NCBI GenBank assembly: GCA_044229215.1 | Contig: JBGATL010000018.1 | Span: 5,068-52,953 of the forward strand | Length of the DNA: 47,886 nucleotides | Direction of reading: 5' to 3' | From: Flavobacteriales bacterium | Lineage (GTDB): Bacteria > Bacteroidota > Bacteroidia > Flavobacteriales_F > PHOS-HE28 | Shown here: one piece after another, positions 1 through 10,400 of the stretch | Layout: each line of letters opens with the position of its first letter | How positions within the stretch are numbered: the first letter of the stretch is position 1 | Program-made: the position numbers and the translations under genes | The notes under the pieces: model-generated | Told to the model about the DNA's origin: nothing | What the model saw: the letters and a program-made list of their open reading frames with translations, nothing else | Database searches by the model: none

Positions 1-2
1 GC

Positions 3-122
3 ACCACTTTCGAGACCAAGGCCGGCCTGTTCAGCCTCACGTATGCACTGGGGCAGCAGTTCGATGCACCGGTCCAATTACGCGGCGGCAAGGTCCACTT
101 CGGTTTCATCAGCCTGTTCTGA
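3..122 (+). CDS. C-terminal fragment of an outer-membrane beta-barrel protein (5' end outside window)
   Basis: Frame-3 translation is TTFETKAGLFSLTYALGQQFDAPVQLRGGKVHFGFISLF*, with TGA at 120-122. It shows an alternating hydrophobic strand pattern and a terminal Phe, the classic OMP C-terminal signature. The family cannot be assigned from 39 aa. Confidence 0.4.
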   Translation, partial: TTFETKAGLFSLTYALGQQFDAPVQLRGGKVHFGFISLF

Positions 123-247
123 TCCCTTCATCCGACCGGCGCACGAAAACGGTGAGAGGGAGAGAATGTGAGGGAGGGTCGTTGCGCTCACACACTTTCA
201 CCCGTGTTCGACCGCTTCTTTTCCTCCGCCTCCGTAATTTCGAATGC

Positions 248-856
248 ATGTTACGCACCATCCTGATCGCCCTGCTGATCGGCTTTGGTTCGATGGTGAA
301 TGCCAGTGGCCCACAACAAGGTCTTGTGGACATGCTGCTGGAATACCTCGAGGCCCGTTATCCGCGTCAAGGTCTTGGGGGCGATGTGCTCTATGTCTCC
401 GTACACCGGCAACAACTCTTCCACGTGCGCGGTAAGCGACTGCTCCGGGTGTATCCGGTGGCCACTGCAAAGGCCGGTCTGGGTGGGTTGGAGGGCAGTT
501 GGCGCACACCAACAGGCCTGCATCGCGTAAGCGAGAAATTCGGAGAAGGAGTGCCGGAACTGGGCATCTTCCGCGACCGTGTTTTCACCGGGGAATTCGC
601 GGACCCCGATTTCGCCGGGGTGGACAAGGATTGGATCACCTCACGGATCCTGTGGTTGGAAGGGCTGGAGCCGGGCGTGAACCAAGGTGGCGATGTGGAC
701 AGCCATGCGCGCACCATCTACATCCATGGCACCGCCAATGAAAAGAGCGTGGGGACCGCCAGTTCCATGGGCTGCGTGCGCATGCGCAACAACGACGTGA
801 TCGAACTCTTTGACCAGGTCCCAGTGGGTGCCTTGGTGGTGATCCTTGATAATTGA
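248..856 (+). CDS. L,D-transpeptidase (YkuD domain), secreted
   Basis: ATG at 248 gives the signal peptide MLRTILIALLIGFGSMVNASG. The YkuD catalytic signature HGTANEKSVGTASSMGCVRM is present (His ... Gly-Cys-x-Arg). The ORF-track start at 152 adds a non-protein-like leader. Confidence 0.85.
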   Translation: MLRTILIALLIGFGSMVNASGPQQGLVDMLLEYLEARYPRQGLGGDVLYVSVHRQQLFHVRGKRLLRVYPVATAKAGLGGLEGSWRTPTGLHRVSEKFGEGVPELGIFRDRVFTGEFADPDFAGVDKDWITSRILWLEGLEPGVNQGGDVDSHARTIYIHGTANEKSVGTASSMGCVRMRNNDVIELFDQVPVGALVVILDN

Positions 857-1073
857 GCCTCGGCTACGGATCAGCAACGGTCAGCGGCCGTGGTAAGGAT
901 CCGATGCCGCCCTGACAGGCAATGCCCTTTCACCATACATAACCACCTGGCCTGCTTGCTCTTTGTCCATTATAGCTGGATGTGAAGGAATGGTGTACCT
1001 ACTTTGGTGGTAATGCCGGGATCCCGCCAGAACGTATTCGAACCCGGCCTCCTATTTCCACTCAGTACAACGG

Positions 1074-1556
1074 ATGCCCAACGAGGGCATCACCTTCAAG
1101 GATGTGCTTGGGCGCAGGATCGCACACCACGCGTACCATGGCGGGGAAGTGTTCGAGGTGGTCGGTGTTCCTTCGGGTGTCCACCTGGTGTACCTGCCGG
1201 ATGGTACGGTCGTTCGAATGGGGCGCATTGAACAGGCATGCTTGTGCCTGATCACTGCCGTACCTTCGTGCTACACCATAGGTGTACACGGTCATGGAGG
1301 TTGTTCCTCATATCCTGCTGAGGCAGTGGAATGGAAAGGCTCGATCGCGGGTGAAGAAATGCAAGGGGCTGAGCGCTACGACCCTTGCTCCCTCGCACGT
1401 TCGCTCCACCAGCCAGGACCCGTGTGGAAAGGAGATCGCTCGGACCCGCATCACCAGCACGGCAAGGCTCGTGGCAATACCATTTACACATTCAAGGTCG
1501 GCCAAGGGATGCGCCGCGGTCATTTCGGAGGACGATACGCGGAACAGGTTGCGTAG
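1074..1556 (+). CDS. Hypothetical protein (weak call)
   Basis: 160-aa ORF in an otherwise unassigned 890-bp gap. The first ~55 aa look protein-like (ITFKDVLGRRIAHHAYHGGEVFEVVGVPSGVHLVYLPDGTVVRMGRIEQ) and the rest is low-complexity. Its stop codon lies inside a strong hairpin (1542-1577). I recognise no family. Confidence 0.25.
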   Translation: MPNEGITFKDVLGRRIAHHAYHGGEVFEVVGVPSGVHLVYLPDGTVVRMGRIEQACLCLITAVPSCYTIGVHGHGGCSSYPAEAVEWKGSIAGEEMQGAERYDPCSLARSLHQPGPVWKGDRSDPHHQHGKARGNTIYTFKVGQGMRRGHFGGRYAEQVA

Positions 1557-1577
1557 CGGGGCCTACGGAACCTGTTC
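1542..1577 (+). terminator. Strong hairpin (14 bp, 1 mismatch, 6-nt loop); possible terminator or RNA element
   Basis: GAACAGGTTGCGTAG-CGGGGC-CTACGGAACCTGTTC, paired by hand with a single G-G mismatch. No T-tract follows, so assigning it as a terminator is tentative. Confidence 0.35.
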
Positions 1578-1746
1578 TGCGGAGAAATCATCCGGGAAGA
1601 GGGCAAGCAGATCCGCCGATATTGAATGCGTGGTTGGTAGAAGTGTGCTGCGGGGCGCGGTGACCGTATGCTGGTGGCAGCGCCGTGAGGGGAATGTTGA
1701 TCTTGTATTACCTCGCCAGTACCTGGAGCGACCGAGCCGACCTGGA

Positions 1747-3027
1747 ATGACCGCAGCGAAACCATTTTGGACCGTTGTGGTCGCCGCACTGTTGGTGGCC
1801 TGCACTTCGCCTGCGCCGCTGAGCAAAAAGGATAATCTGGCTTACATCTACGGCAAGGGTGGTGCACAAATGCCCGTACAGGCCCGCATACACCACATCA
1901 GCAGCGACCGGTCCCGGATCTATTACCAATTGAACACCGCTGACCTGCTCTACAAGAGCGACGGGGCCGGGGGGGCGTTCCATGCCAGTGTGCGGATCCG
2001 CTACGAAGCCTACGACCGTTCCGATGCCAAGGTACCGGTGGATAGTGCGAGCATCGTGCTGGACGATGTGCGTACCGGGCCATCCGGGGAAATGGACCTG
2101 ATCGGCAGCATGGACCTGCGCCTTGGTCACCAGCGCGCGTACCTGCTCAAACTGGTCGCCCACGATCTGAACCGTGACCTACAGAGCACGGTATTCCTGC
2201 GTGTGAAAGGAGGGGATGGGCTGAACGCACAGCACTACATGCCGGTGGACACCAGCCATGGCCTACCCTACTTCACCGACCACTTCAAGGGCGGAAAGGT
2301 CCGGGTGCGGTGCGAGGCCTGCACCGGAAAGCAGATCACCGTGCAACGGCACCCGGCGCGGACCGCACTCCCAGCACCCGTGTTCGCCTCCGGCAACTCA
2401 CCGGACCCTGCCCTCCTTGCACCCGCCGATCCGCCCTTCCCCGTGCAGGTCGACGCGGATGGGAACTTCATGCTGGACCTGAGCGTGCCCGGCGCCTACC
2501 GCATACACTCCGATACAGCCGCCGCACCGGACATCGCGCTGTACTCCATTTCAGAAGCCTATCCCATCGTGACCACTGCGGACGACCTGCTGAAACCGTT
2601 GCGCTACATCACCTCGAACCAGGAGTACGAACGGATCCAACGGAGCGGGGACGTGCGCCAGGCGATCGAACAGTTCTGGATCGATGCCGCCGGTGATAGG
2701 GAACGTGGCCGGGAGGCCATACGGATCTACTACGGCCGGGTGGAGAACGCGAACCGGCACTTCACATCAGAGACGGAAGGTTGGCGGACCGATCGCGGGC
2801 TCGTACACATCATCTTCGGTGTGCCCACCTCCATTTACAGGACGGATGTCGGAGAGACATGGATCTACGGCGAGGAGAACAATCTGATGAGTTTGGTGTT
2901 CAATTTCCAACGGCGCGATGGCGCAACGGATGAAAATGACCTTGTCCTCGAGCGTGATCCCGTGTTGAAAGGAGCCTGGTACCGCAATGTGGAGAGCTGG
3001 CGGAATGGCCGGGTCTATCAGAACTGA
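1747..3027 (+). CDS. GWxTD domain-containing lipoprotein
   Basis: The C-terminal segment TEGWRTDRGLVHIIFGVPTSIYRTDVGETWIYG matches the GWxTD signature. ATG at 1747 gives the lipoprotein-like N-terminus MTAAKPFWTVVVAALLVACTS. The upstream extension to 1282 is not protein-like. Confidence 0.8.
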   Translation: MTAAKPFWTVVVAALLVACTSPAPLSKKDNLAYIYGKGGAQMPVQARIHHISSDRSRIYYQLNTADLLYKSDGAGGAFHASVRIRYEAYDRSDAKVPVDSASIVLDDVRTGPSGEMDLIGSMDLRLGHQRAYLLKLVAHDLNRDLQSTVFLRVKGGDGLNAQHYMPVDTSHGLPYFTDHFKGGKVRVRCEACTGKQITVQRHPARTALPAPVFASGNSPDPALLAPADPPFPVQVDADGNFMLDLSVPGAYRIHSDTAAAPDIALYSISEAYPIVTTADDLLKPLRYITSNQEYERIQRSGDVRQAIEQFWIDAAGDRERGREAIRIYYGRVENANRHFTSETEGWRTDRGLVHIIFGVPTSIYRTDVGETWIYGEENNLMSLVFNFQRRDGATDENDLVLERDPVLKGAWYRNVESWRNGRVYQN

Positions 3028-3147
3028 CCGGCCAGCCCCTCCCCTGCCCCCGAACGATCCGTGACCTGGACCGGGATCCCATGGTTACGGCATTGTCCCG
3101 TGGGCAACCGAACGGCCGGGTAACCCGCGATCGCCCACCTTTGCAAC

Positions 3148-3885
3148 ATGGCAGCGAACGATATGATCTGTGGTGTGTGGCCGGTGATCGAGGCCCTGCG
3201 CGCCGGCAAGAACGTCGAAAAGCTGCTGATCCGCCGGGAGGCTGGCGGCGATGGTATCCGGGAGATCCGGCAATTGGCCATGGACCGGCAGGTGCCCTGG
3301 CAACCGGTGCCGGTGGAGAAACTCGATCGCCTTACACGCACCGAGCATCAGGGTGTGATCGCCTTCCTGAGCCAGGTGGAGGAGCAGGACCTCAACGAGG
3401 TGATCACCCGGATCTATGAGCAAGGGGGAACACCCCTGATCCTGGCGTTGGACAATGTGACCGACGTGCGCAACATGGGGGCCATCGCCCGTAGTGCCGA
3501 GTGTTTCGGGGCACACGCCCTGTTGGTACCGAAGATGGGGACCGCTCGGCTGGGCCCCGACGCGGTGAAGAGCTCCGCAGGCGCGCTGCTTCGCAAGCCG
3601 GTTTGCCGGGTGGCCCGGCTCACCGATGGCCTGCGCGCTGCACGCGACCAAGGCCTACGCATCGTGGCCTGCACGGAAAAGGGGGCCGCTCCGCTCGCGG
3701 GATGCGACCTCACCGGCCCATTGGCCATTGTGATGGGGGCCGAGGATGAGGGGATCAGCGATGCGGTGATGCGGCTTGCCGATGAGCTGGTCCGGATACC
3801 CATGGCCGGCTCCATCGGATCCCTGAATGTCTCGGTGGCCACCGGGATCATCCTGCATGCGGCACTGAGCCAGCGGCAGGGCTGA
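3148..3885 (+). CDS. rlmB: SpoU/TrmH-family RNA 2'-O-methyltransferase (RlmB-like, 23S rRNA Gm2251)
   Basis: Three SpoU motifs are present: LALDNVTDVRNMGAIARSAECFG, LAIVMGAEDEGIS and IPMAGSIGSLNVSVATGIILH. There is also an N-terminal substrate-binding-type segment, GVWPVIEALRAGKNVEKLLI. Confidence 0.8.
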   Translation: MAANDMICGVWPVIEALRAGKNVEKLLIRREAGGDGIREIRQLAMDRQVPWQPVPVEKLDRLTRTEHQGVIAFLSQVEEQDLNEVITRIYEQGGTPLILALDNVTDVRNMGAIARSAECFGAHALLVPKMGTARLGPDAVKSSAGALLRKPVCRVARLTDGLRAARDQGLRIVACTEKGAAPLAGCDLTGPLAIVMGAEDEGISDAVMRLADELVRIPMAGSIGSLNVSVATGIILHAALSQRQG

Positions 3886-4044
3886 TCCTCGGATCCTCCA
3901 CTTCCGGACCCGGTCGGTCGTTACCTCCATGGGGCTGGTCCGCTGCGGAACCTTTTTCATCGAAGGCGTGTATAAACGTGACGGGTCATTCCTATTGGAG
4001 CGCCTGCGGAACACTCGACCGCCGACGCAAGGCCCGACGAGACC

Positions 4045-4428
4045 ATGAACAACGCCTTCCTTCACCGTTGTGTGCTGTGGATCCTGGGGGCTGGCCTCTA
4101 CGCCACCCCGGTACGCGCTCAGCAACCCGCCCCGATCGGCATCGGGGAACCTCCGGAACGCATCACCTTGCATCTGGCCGGCCTGACCAGCGAAGTGCGC
4201 GATGCGATGGCCCGGGAACTTGCGATCAATGGGGAGGCGCACATCGCATTCGCCTGTGTGCCCGCCGGGGTCATTGTGATCGAAGGGAGTTCCCGGATGA
4301 ATGGCCAACAATTGGAACAGCGCAGTCGGAGCATCCTCACGGACCGGTCGGTCCGGATCCAACGCACTGACCTGCGCGGTTCCATCGCCCAGGCCGAAGC
4401 GGCTTGTGCCCAAGTCCGAGACCGATGA
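4045..4428 (+). CDS. Small secreted hypothetical protein
   Basis: Signal peptide MNNAFLHRCVLWILGAGLYATPVRAQ. It ends 15 nt before the adhesin ATG on the same strand. I recognise no family. Confidence 0.45.
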   Translation: MNNAFLHRCVLWILGAGLYATPVRAQQPAPIGIGEPPERITLHLAGLTSEVRDAMARELAINGEAHIAFACVPAGVIVIEGSSRMNGQQLEQRSRSILTDRSVRIQRTDLRGSIAQAEAACAQVRDR

Positions 4429-4442
4429 TCCCGAGCACGATC

Positions 4443-7400
4443 ATGTACCGATCATTCGTCCGGACGATCCAATTCGTCCCCATCGGCCTGGCACTGTGCC
4501 TGGCACGCCCGGCGAACGCCCAGTTGACCGTGGCCCCGCAGTCGGACCTGCAAGCCCTGGCAACGACCATCGCAGGTACGGGGGTGAGCATCTCGAACCC
4601 CGTGATCACCTGCCATACGGACGGGTACGGCACATTCACATCCACCGGCACCAACCTCGATCTTTCTGAAGGTGTGCTTCTCACTTCCGGAACGATCAAC
4701 AATGCCATCGGACCCAACAACGCGGCCAATAAGACCTTCCAGGCAGGCACCAGTGGCAACGCGCTCCTGGACGTGGTGACCGGGCGCTCCACGCGCGACG
4801 CCTGCCTGTTCGAGTTCGACATCATCCCCAGCGGCGACAGCCTCCGATTCAATTTCGAGCTCGCCAGTGAGGAGTACAACGAATGGGTCGGCTCGCAGTA
4901 CAATGATGTGTTCGGCTTCTTCATCAGCGGGCCGGGCATCTCAGGCGACCCCGGCATCGGCAACGAACACAACATCGCGGTGATCCCCGGCACGAACCAG
5001 GCGGTGACGATCAACAACGTGAACAACGGATCCAATCCGGGATATTACTACGACAATGCTGGTGGGCCACATATCCAGTACGATGGCATCACACGCGGAC
5101 TCTACGCCGAATCCGCGGTACAGCCCTGCCAACAGTACCACCTGAAGCTCGTGGTGGCCGATGCCTCCGATCGCAAATTCGACAGTGGCGTCTTCATCGA
5201 GAAGATCCATAGTAACCAGGTGACGATGGCCAAATACACGGCCAACGGATCGCCATCCATGATCGAGGGGTGCAATCCCGGCTGGGTCCAATTCATCCGG
5301 CAGACCGCCCTCCCCACTCCCCTGGTGCTGACCTATCATCTCGGTGGCACCGCCACCAACGGGGCCGACTACAACAGCATCGGCGACCCGGATCCCAACG
5401 TACCGAAAACGGTGACGATCCCCGCCAACCAGACAACGGTCCTCGTGAACGTGGATCCGATCGCGGACGGGATCAATGAGCCGACGGAGGACCTGGTCTT
5501 CATCCTTGGGAACCCACTATGTGCATGGATGAACCTCGATTCGTTGACCTTCGAGATCACTGACACGTTGCTCGCCACCCTGGCGCCAACGAACGCGACA
5601 CTCTGCCGGGGCGATTCCGTTCTGCTAACGGCAAGTGCGGCCGAAAGTCATGCCTGGAGTCCTTCGACCGGACTGAGTTCCACCAGCTCCGCTTCCGTGT
5701 GGGCCAAGCCGACCAGCACCACCACCTATTCCGTGGTCGTGACCGACGGTGACTGCAGCAGTATACTGAGCAGCCAGATCCGCGTGAGCGACATGCAACT
5801 GAGCGCCACGGGCACGCGGCCGCTGTGCAGCGGCCAGAGCAATGGGGCGATCAACCTGAGCGTTTCCAACGGGGTAGCACCTTACAGCTTCAGTTGGACG
5901 GGACCGAACGGGTTCACTGCCGCGACGGAGGACCTCGTGAACATCGGCGCGGGCACCTATTCCGTTACGGTGACCGATGCGGCCGGATGCAGCCGCACAC
6001 ATTCCGCAAGTGTTGCCGCGCCAGCCCCGCTCACCGGTAGCCTCTCACCCTCCATACAACCCTTCGGCGAGAACATCGCCTGCCACGGTGGCACGACCGG
6101 TACACTGAGCCTGAGCCTCAACGGCGGCACCGCACCATACGCGGTGCAATGGAGCGGTCCGGATGGGTACGGTTCCACCGATCAGAACATCAGCGGTCTC
6201 CGAGCCGGCACCTATTCGGTGGTGGTGACGGATGCCCATGGCTGCACCTTCACTGGTGCATTCACCATGACCGAACCCACCGCCATTGTGCCATTGATCG
6301 ATGGGGTGACCCATGTGGCCTGTTTTGGCGCGAACAATGGACAGGCCACGGCTTCAGCGACAGGTGGCCTTCAGCCGTACTCCTATTCGTGGAATACAAC
6401 ACCGGTGCAGAACACCACTACGGCAAATAGCCTGGTGCCCGGATCCCATACCGTCACCGTGCGCGACGGATACCTCTGCACCAGCACGGCCACCGTCACC
6501 ATCACTGGACCAGCCACCGCATTGAGCAGCTCGCTCACCGCCTCGACCCCGGTCTCCTGCCATGGCGGCCAGAACGGAAGCGCCACCGTGAGCGCTTCAG
6601 GCGGCACCGCCCCTTACAGCTTCAGCTGGAATACCATACCCGTGCAGAACACGGCCACCGCCACTGGTCTTCCGGCAGGTACCTGGATCTGTATCGTGTC
6701 CGATGCGAACGGTTGCGCCACCGAACGGCAGGTCACCATCTCCCAGCCGGGTGCCCCCTTGACCAGCAGCATCGGCTCCCAGAGCAATGTTGACTGCCAC
6801 GGCACGGCCACGGGTCGCGCGACCATCTCGGTAAGTGGTGGCACCGCCCCGTACACCTTTTCCTGGAATACGAATCCGATCCAAACCGGAAGCACGGCCA
6901 CAGGCCTTACGGCCGGTACCTGGATCTGCACGGTCTCTGATGCCCGCGGTTGTTCGACGCTCCAGGATGTGGTGATCACGGAACCATCCGCACCATTGCA
7001 TGTCGCGATCAACGCACAGACCGATGTGGCCTGCCATGGTGGCTCGATCGGAAGTGCGACCGTTACCGCAAGCGGAGGCACAGGACCCTACACCTACATC
7101 TGGAACACCCTTCCTGCGCAGTATTCGGCCACAGCGAGCAACCTGGCCGCAGGCACCTGGACCTGTACGGTGTTCGATGCACGTGAATGCCAGACCCAGA
7201 TCACCGTTACCATCACCCAACCTGCAGCAGCCTTAGGCGTGACCATCCCCACCCCCGTACACGTCCTCTGCCACGGAGCACAGACCGGTTCGGTGGAAGC
7301 CGTGGCCATTGGCGGTACGGCACCATACACCTACGTATGGAACAGCTCGCCGCAACAACAAACGGCGCAGGCCACCGATCTCCCGGCAGGATCTTTCACG

Positions 7401-10400
7401 GTGCTGGTCACCGATGCTCGGAACTGCACGGCATCAGCCTCCGCAACGATCACGGAACCCGCGGCCGAGGTGACCGCGGTCTTCAGTTCCGTGACCCACG
7501 AGAGCTGCTACCAGGCACAGGATGGCACCGCCACCATCACCGTGAGCGGTGGAAGTGGTTCCTATAACATCGTCTGGGACACCAACCCGGTCGTGACCGG
7601 GCCCACGGCGACCAACCTCGGTGCTGGCCTGTACATGGTGGCCGTGACCGATGTGAACGGTTGCGATCATACCAAACACTATCCGGTCACCATCATTGGC
7701 GCAGCGGCACCGCTCACCGTGAGCGCAGTGGCCACCGACGTGAGTTGCTATGCGCTGGACAATGGCGCCATCGACCTCACGTTGACCGGCGGTCATCAGC
7801 CCTATTCCATCCTCTGGACCGGCCCAGGCGGGCAGGAGACCGGTCTTGAGGACATCGATGGTCTTGCCCCCGGGGAATACGACCTGCATATCCTGGACTT
7901 CTACGGCTGTGCGAAGGACACGACCATCTCCATCACAGAGCCCGATGCGCTCGAAGTGACCGGCGACATCACCACGGCCGCCTGCCAGGGCAGTGCGACC
8001 GGCGCGGTCGATATCACGCCGACCGGCGGCACACAACCCTACACCTACTCCTGGTCCGGGCCGAACGGATTCACAGCGAACACGGCCGATGTGAGCGCCC
8101 TGGGCGCCGGTGCCTATGTGCTCACCCTGAGCGATGGCAATGGTTGTACGATCACTGAGGTATTCAATGTGAGCCAACCTGGTTCATTGCAACTGACCGC
8201 AACGAGCACCGTCCATCCCGGTGGATGGGGCGTCTCCTGTGCCAGTGCAAGCGACGGCAGCATCGACCTTACCGTAAGCGGTGGCACCGGACCCTTCACC
8301 TTCACCTGGACCGGACCGAACGGATACACCGCCAGTACCGAGGATGTCAATGGGCTGTTGGCTGGCAACTACCACGTGAGCGCGGACGATGCGAACGGAT
8401 GTACGGCGACACTCACCCAGACCATCATCGCCCCCGCCACGTTGACCGCGACCGCCATGCCGAGCAATTTCAATGGCTACGGCATACACTGTTCCGGCGC
8501 TGCCGATGGCAGCCTCAATGCCACCATCTCCGGGGGAACGGGGCCATACGTGATCCAATGGAACGGACCGAACGGTTTTGCCTCCTCCGACGAGGACATC
8601 ACCGGGCTCGCGCCTGGCACATACACCTTGTTCGCCACGGACCTGAACGGTTGCACCGTGACGTTGACGCGGACCCTGACCGAACCTCCCACCCTTGTTG
8701 CGACGATCACCACATCCACCACGATCGGCGGGACGGCCATCGCGTGTTCGGGTGCGACCACCGGAACAGCCCAGATCAGCGTGAACGGAGGTATCGGCCC
8801 GTATGCGATCCAATGGAGCGGCCCGAATGGCTTCAGCGCTTCGGCCATTGCATTGAGCGGGCTTGCTGCCGGGACCTATGACGCGGTGATCACCGATGCG
8901 AACGGATGTTCAATGAGCGCGCAGGCGATCCTGGATGAACCAGCGCCGCTCGTGATCAGTGGCATCGTGAGCGACCACAATGGCCACGCCATCTCCTGTG
9001 CGAACAACGCCGATGGCAGCATCGACCTGACCCTGAACGGTGGTGCGGGCGCCAACACCATCCAATGGTCAGGGACCAACGGGTTCGTGTCGAACACCGA
9101 GGACCTCAACGGACTCGCAGCCGCGACCTACTCCGTGATCGTGTCCGATCAGAACGGCTGTTCCGCCATCGCCACCTTCGACCTGAGCGCACCGGCTCCA
9201 TTGATCGGGACCGCAACGTCAGGTGCGATCACCTGCGCGAGCGTGGATGATGGTTCCATCGACCTCACCGTACAAGGTGGTACCGGACCTTTCGCCATCC
9301 AGTGGACAGGCCCCAATGGGTTCAACGCATCGACCGAGGACCTGGGCGGGCTCGCACCCGGCACGTATTCCGCGAACCTCAACGACCAGAATGGATGCAG
9401 CACGGATGTGCTGGTAGCCTTGACGGGACCAGCTCCGTTGACCCTGACCTACACGACGAGCATCCATGCCAGCGGTGATCAGGTCGCATGTGCGGGTGGC
9501 ACCGATGGCAGCATCGACCTTTCCGTACTCGGAGGCACCGGGGCCCATGACATCTCCTGGTCCAATGGCTCGGGTTTCTCCGCTACGTCCGAGGATATCA
9601 GCGGGCTCGATCCCGGAACATACCAGGTCGTTGTCTCGGACGAGAACGGATGTACTGCACTCACCAGTGTCCAACTCACCGCCCCACAACCCCTGGGCGT
9701 ATCCGCCACGCTCTCCATGATCAATGGCAACAACGTGACCTGCCAGGGGGCCATGGATGGCAGCATCGACCTGACCATCACCGGCGGTGCAGCCCCATAT
9801 ATCGCCGTGTGGAATGATGGTACGATCAGTGAGGACCGCGTGGACCTTGGTGCCGGCATCCATAGTGTGCAGATCACCGATGCGAACGGTTGTACCGCCT
9901 CCGGCACCTATACGCTCACCGCGCCGGAGACCGTGATGGTGTCCGTAACGGCCACTGCTGTAGGGAACGGGATGAACATCACCTGTCCAGGAGGGACCGA
10001 TGGTGGACTGGAAGCCACCCTGCAAGGGGGCACCGGACCCTACACCATCGATTGGACCGGGCCGAACGGGTACAACGCCAACACCGCATCGATCAGCGGA
10101 CTTGGTGCTGGGTCCTATACCTTGAACGTATCGGACGCCAACGGCTGCACGCACTTGAGCACGACCGTGTTGGCGGAGCCCGCAGCACTCACGCTCGACC
10201 TGGCTTCGACCACCTATAACGGCGGGTACAACATCCCGTGCGCCACCATCGGGATCGGTGTGTTCAATACCACGGTGAGCGGCGGAACACCGTCGTACAC
10301 CTATGCCTGGTCCGGCCCCAATGGATTCACCAGCGATCTGGAGGACCTGACAAGCCTTGTGGCCGGCCAGTATGACCTTGTGGTGACCGATGCCTTCGGT

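Noticed and set aside
152-247. N-terminal extensions offered by the ORF track. Others lie at 1282-1746, 4404-4442, 22305-22604, 29216-29383, 32496-32552, 33169-33201, 33650-33691, 37340-37429 and 46072-46104.
   Set aside because: The extensions are not protein-like, or they overlap neighbouring genes. Internal starts give canonical N-termini (signal peptides, or conserved ribosomal-protein N-termini).
886-975. A 29-aa minus-strand mini-ORF (MDKEQAGQVVMYGERALPVRAASDPYHGR).
   Set aside because: It has no recognisable motif, ribosome-binding context or supporting evidence. It is too short to call.
1004-1050. tRNA/tmRNA-like fragments. The minus strand reads ...GGGTTCGAATAC...ATTACCACCA, and the plus strand at 1363-1411 has GGGGCTGA ... 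GCTCCACCA.
   Set aside because: I tried to fold an acceptor stem and T-arm and found no complementary stems. The tmRNA-like 5' and 3' strings are only ~40 nt apart. I treat this as chance similarity.
3655-5035. Minus-strand ORFs of 252 aa (3655-4413) and 232 aa (4337-5035).
   Set aside because: They overlap the rlmB 3' end, the small secreted protein and the adhesin head domain. All of these have better support on the plus strand.
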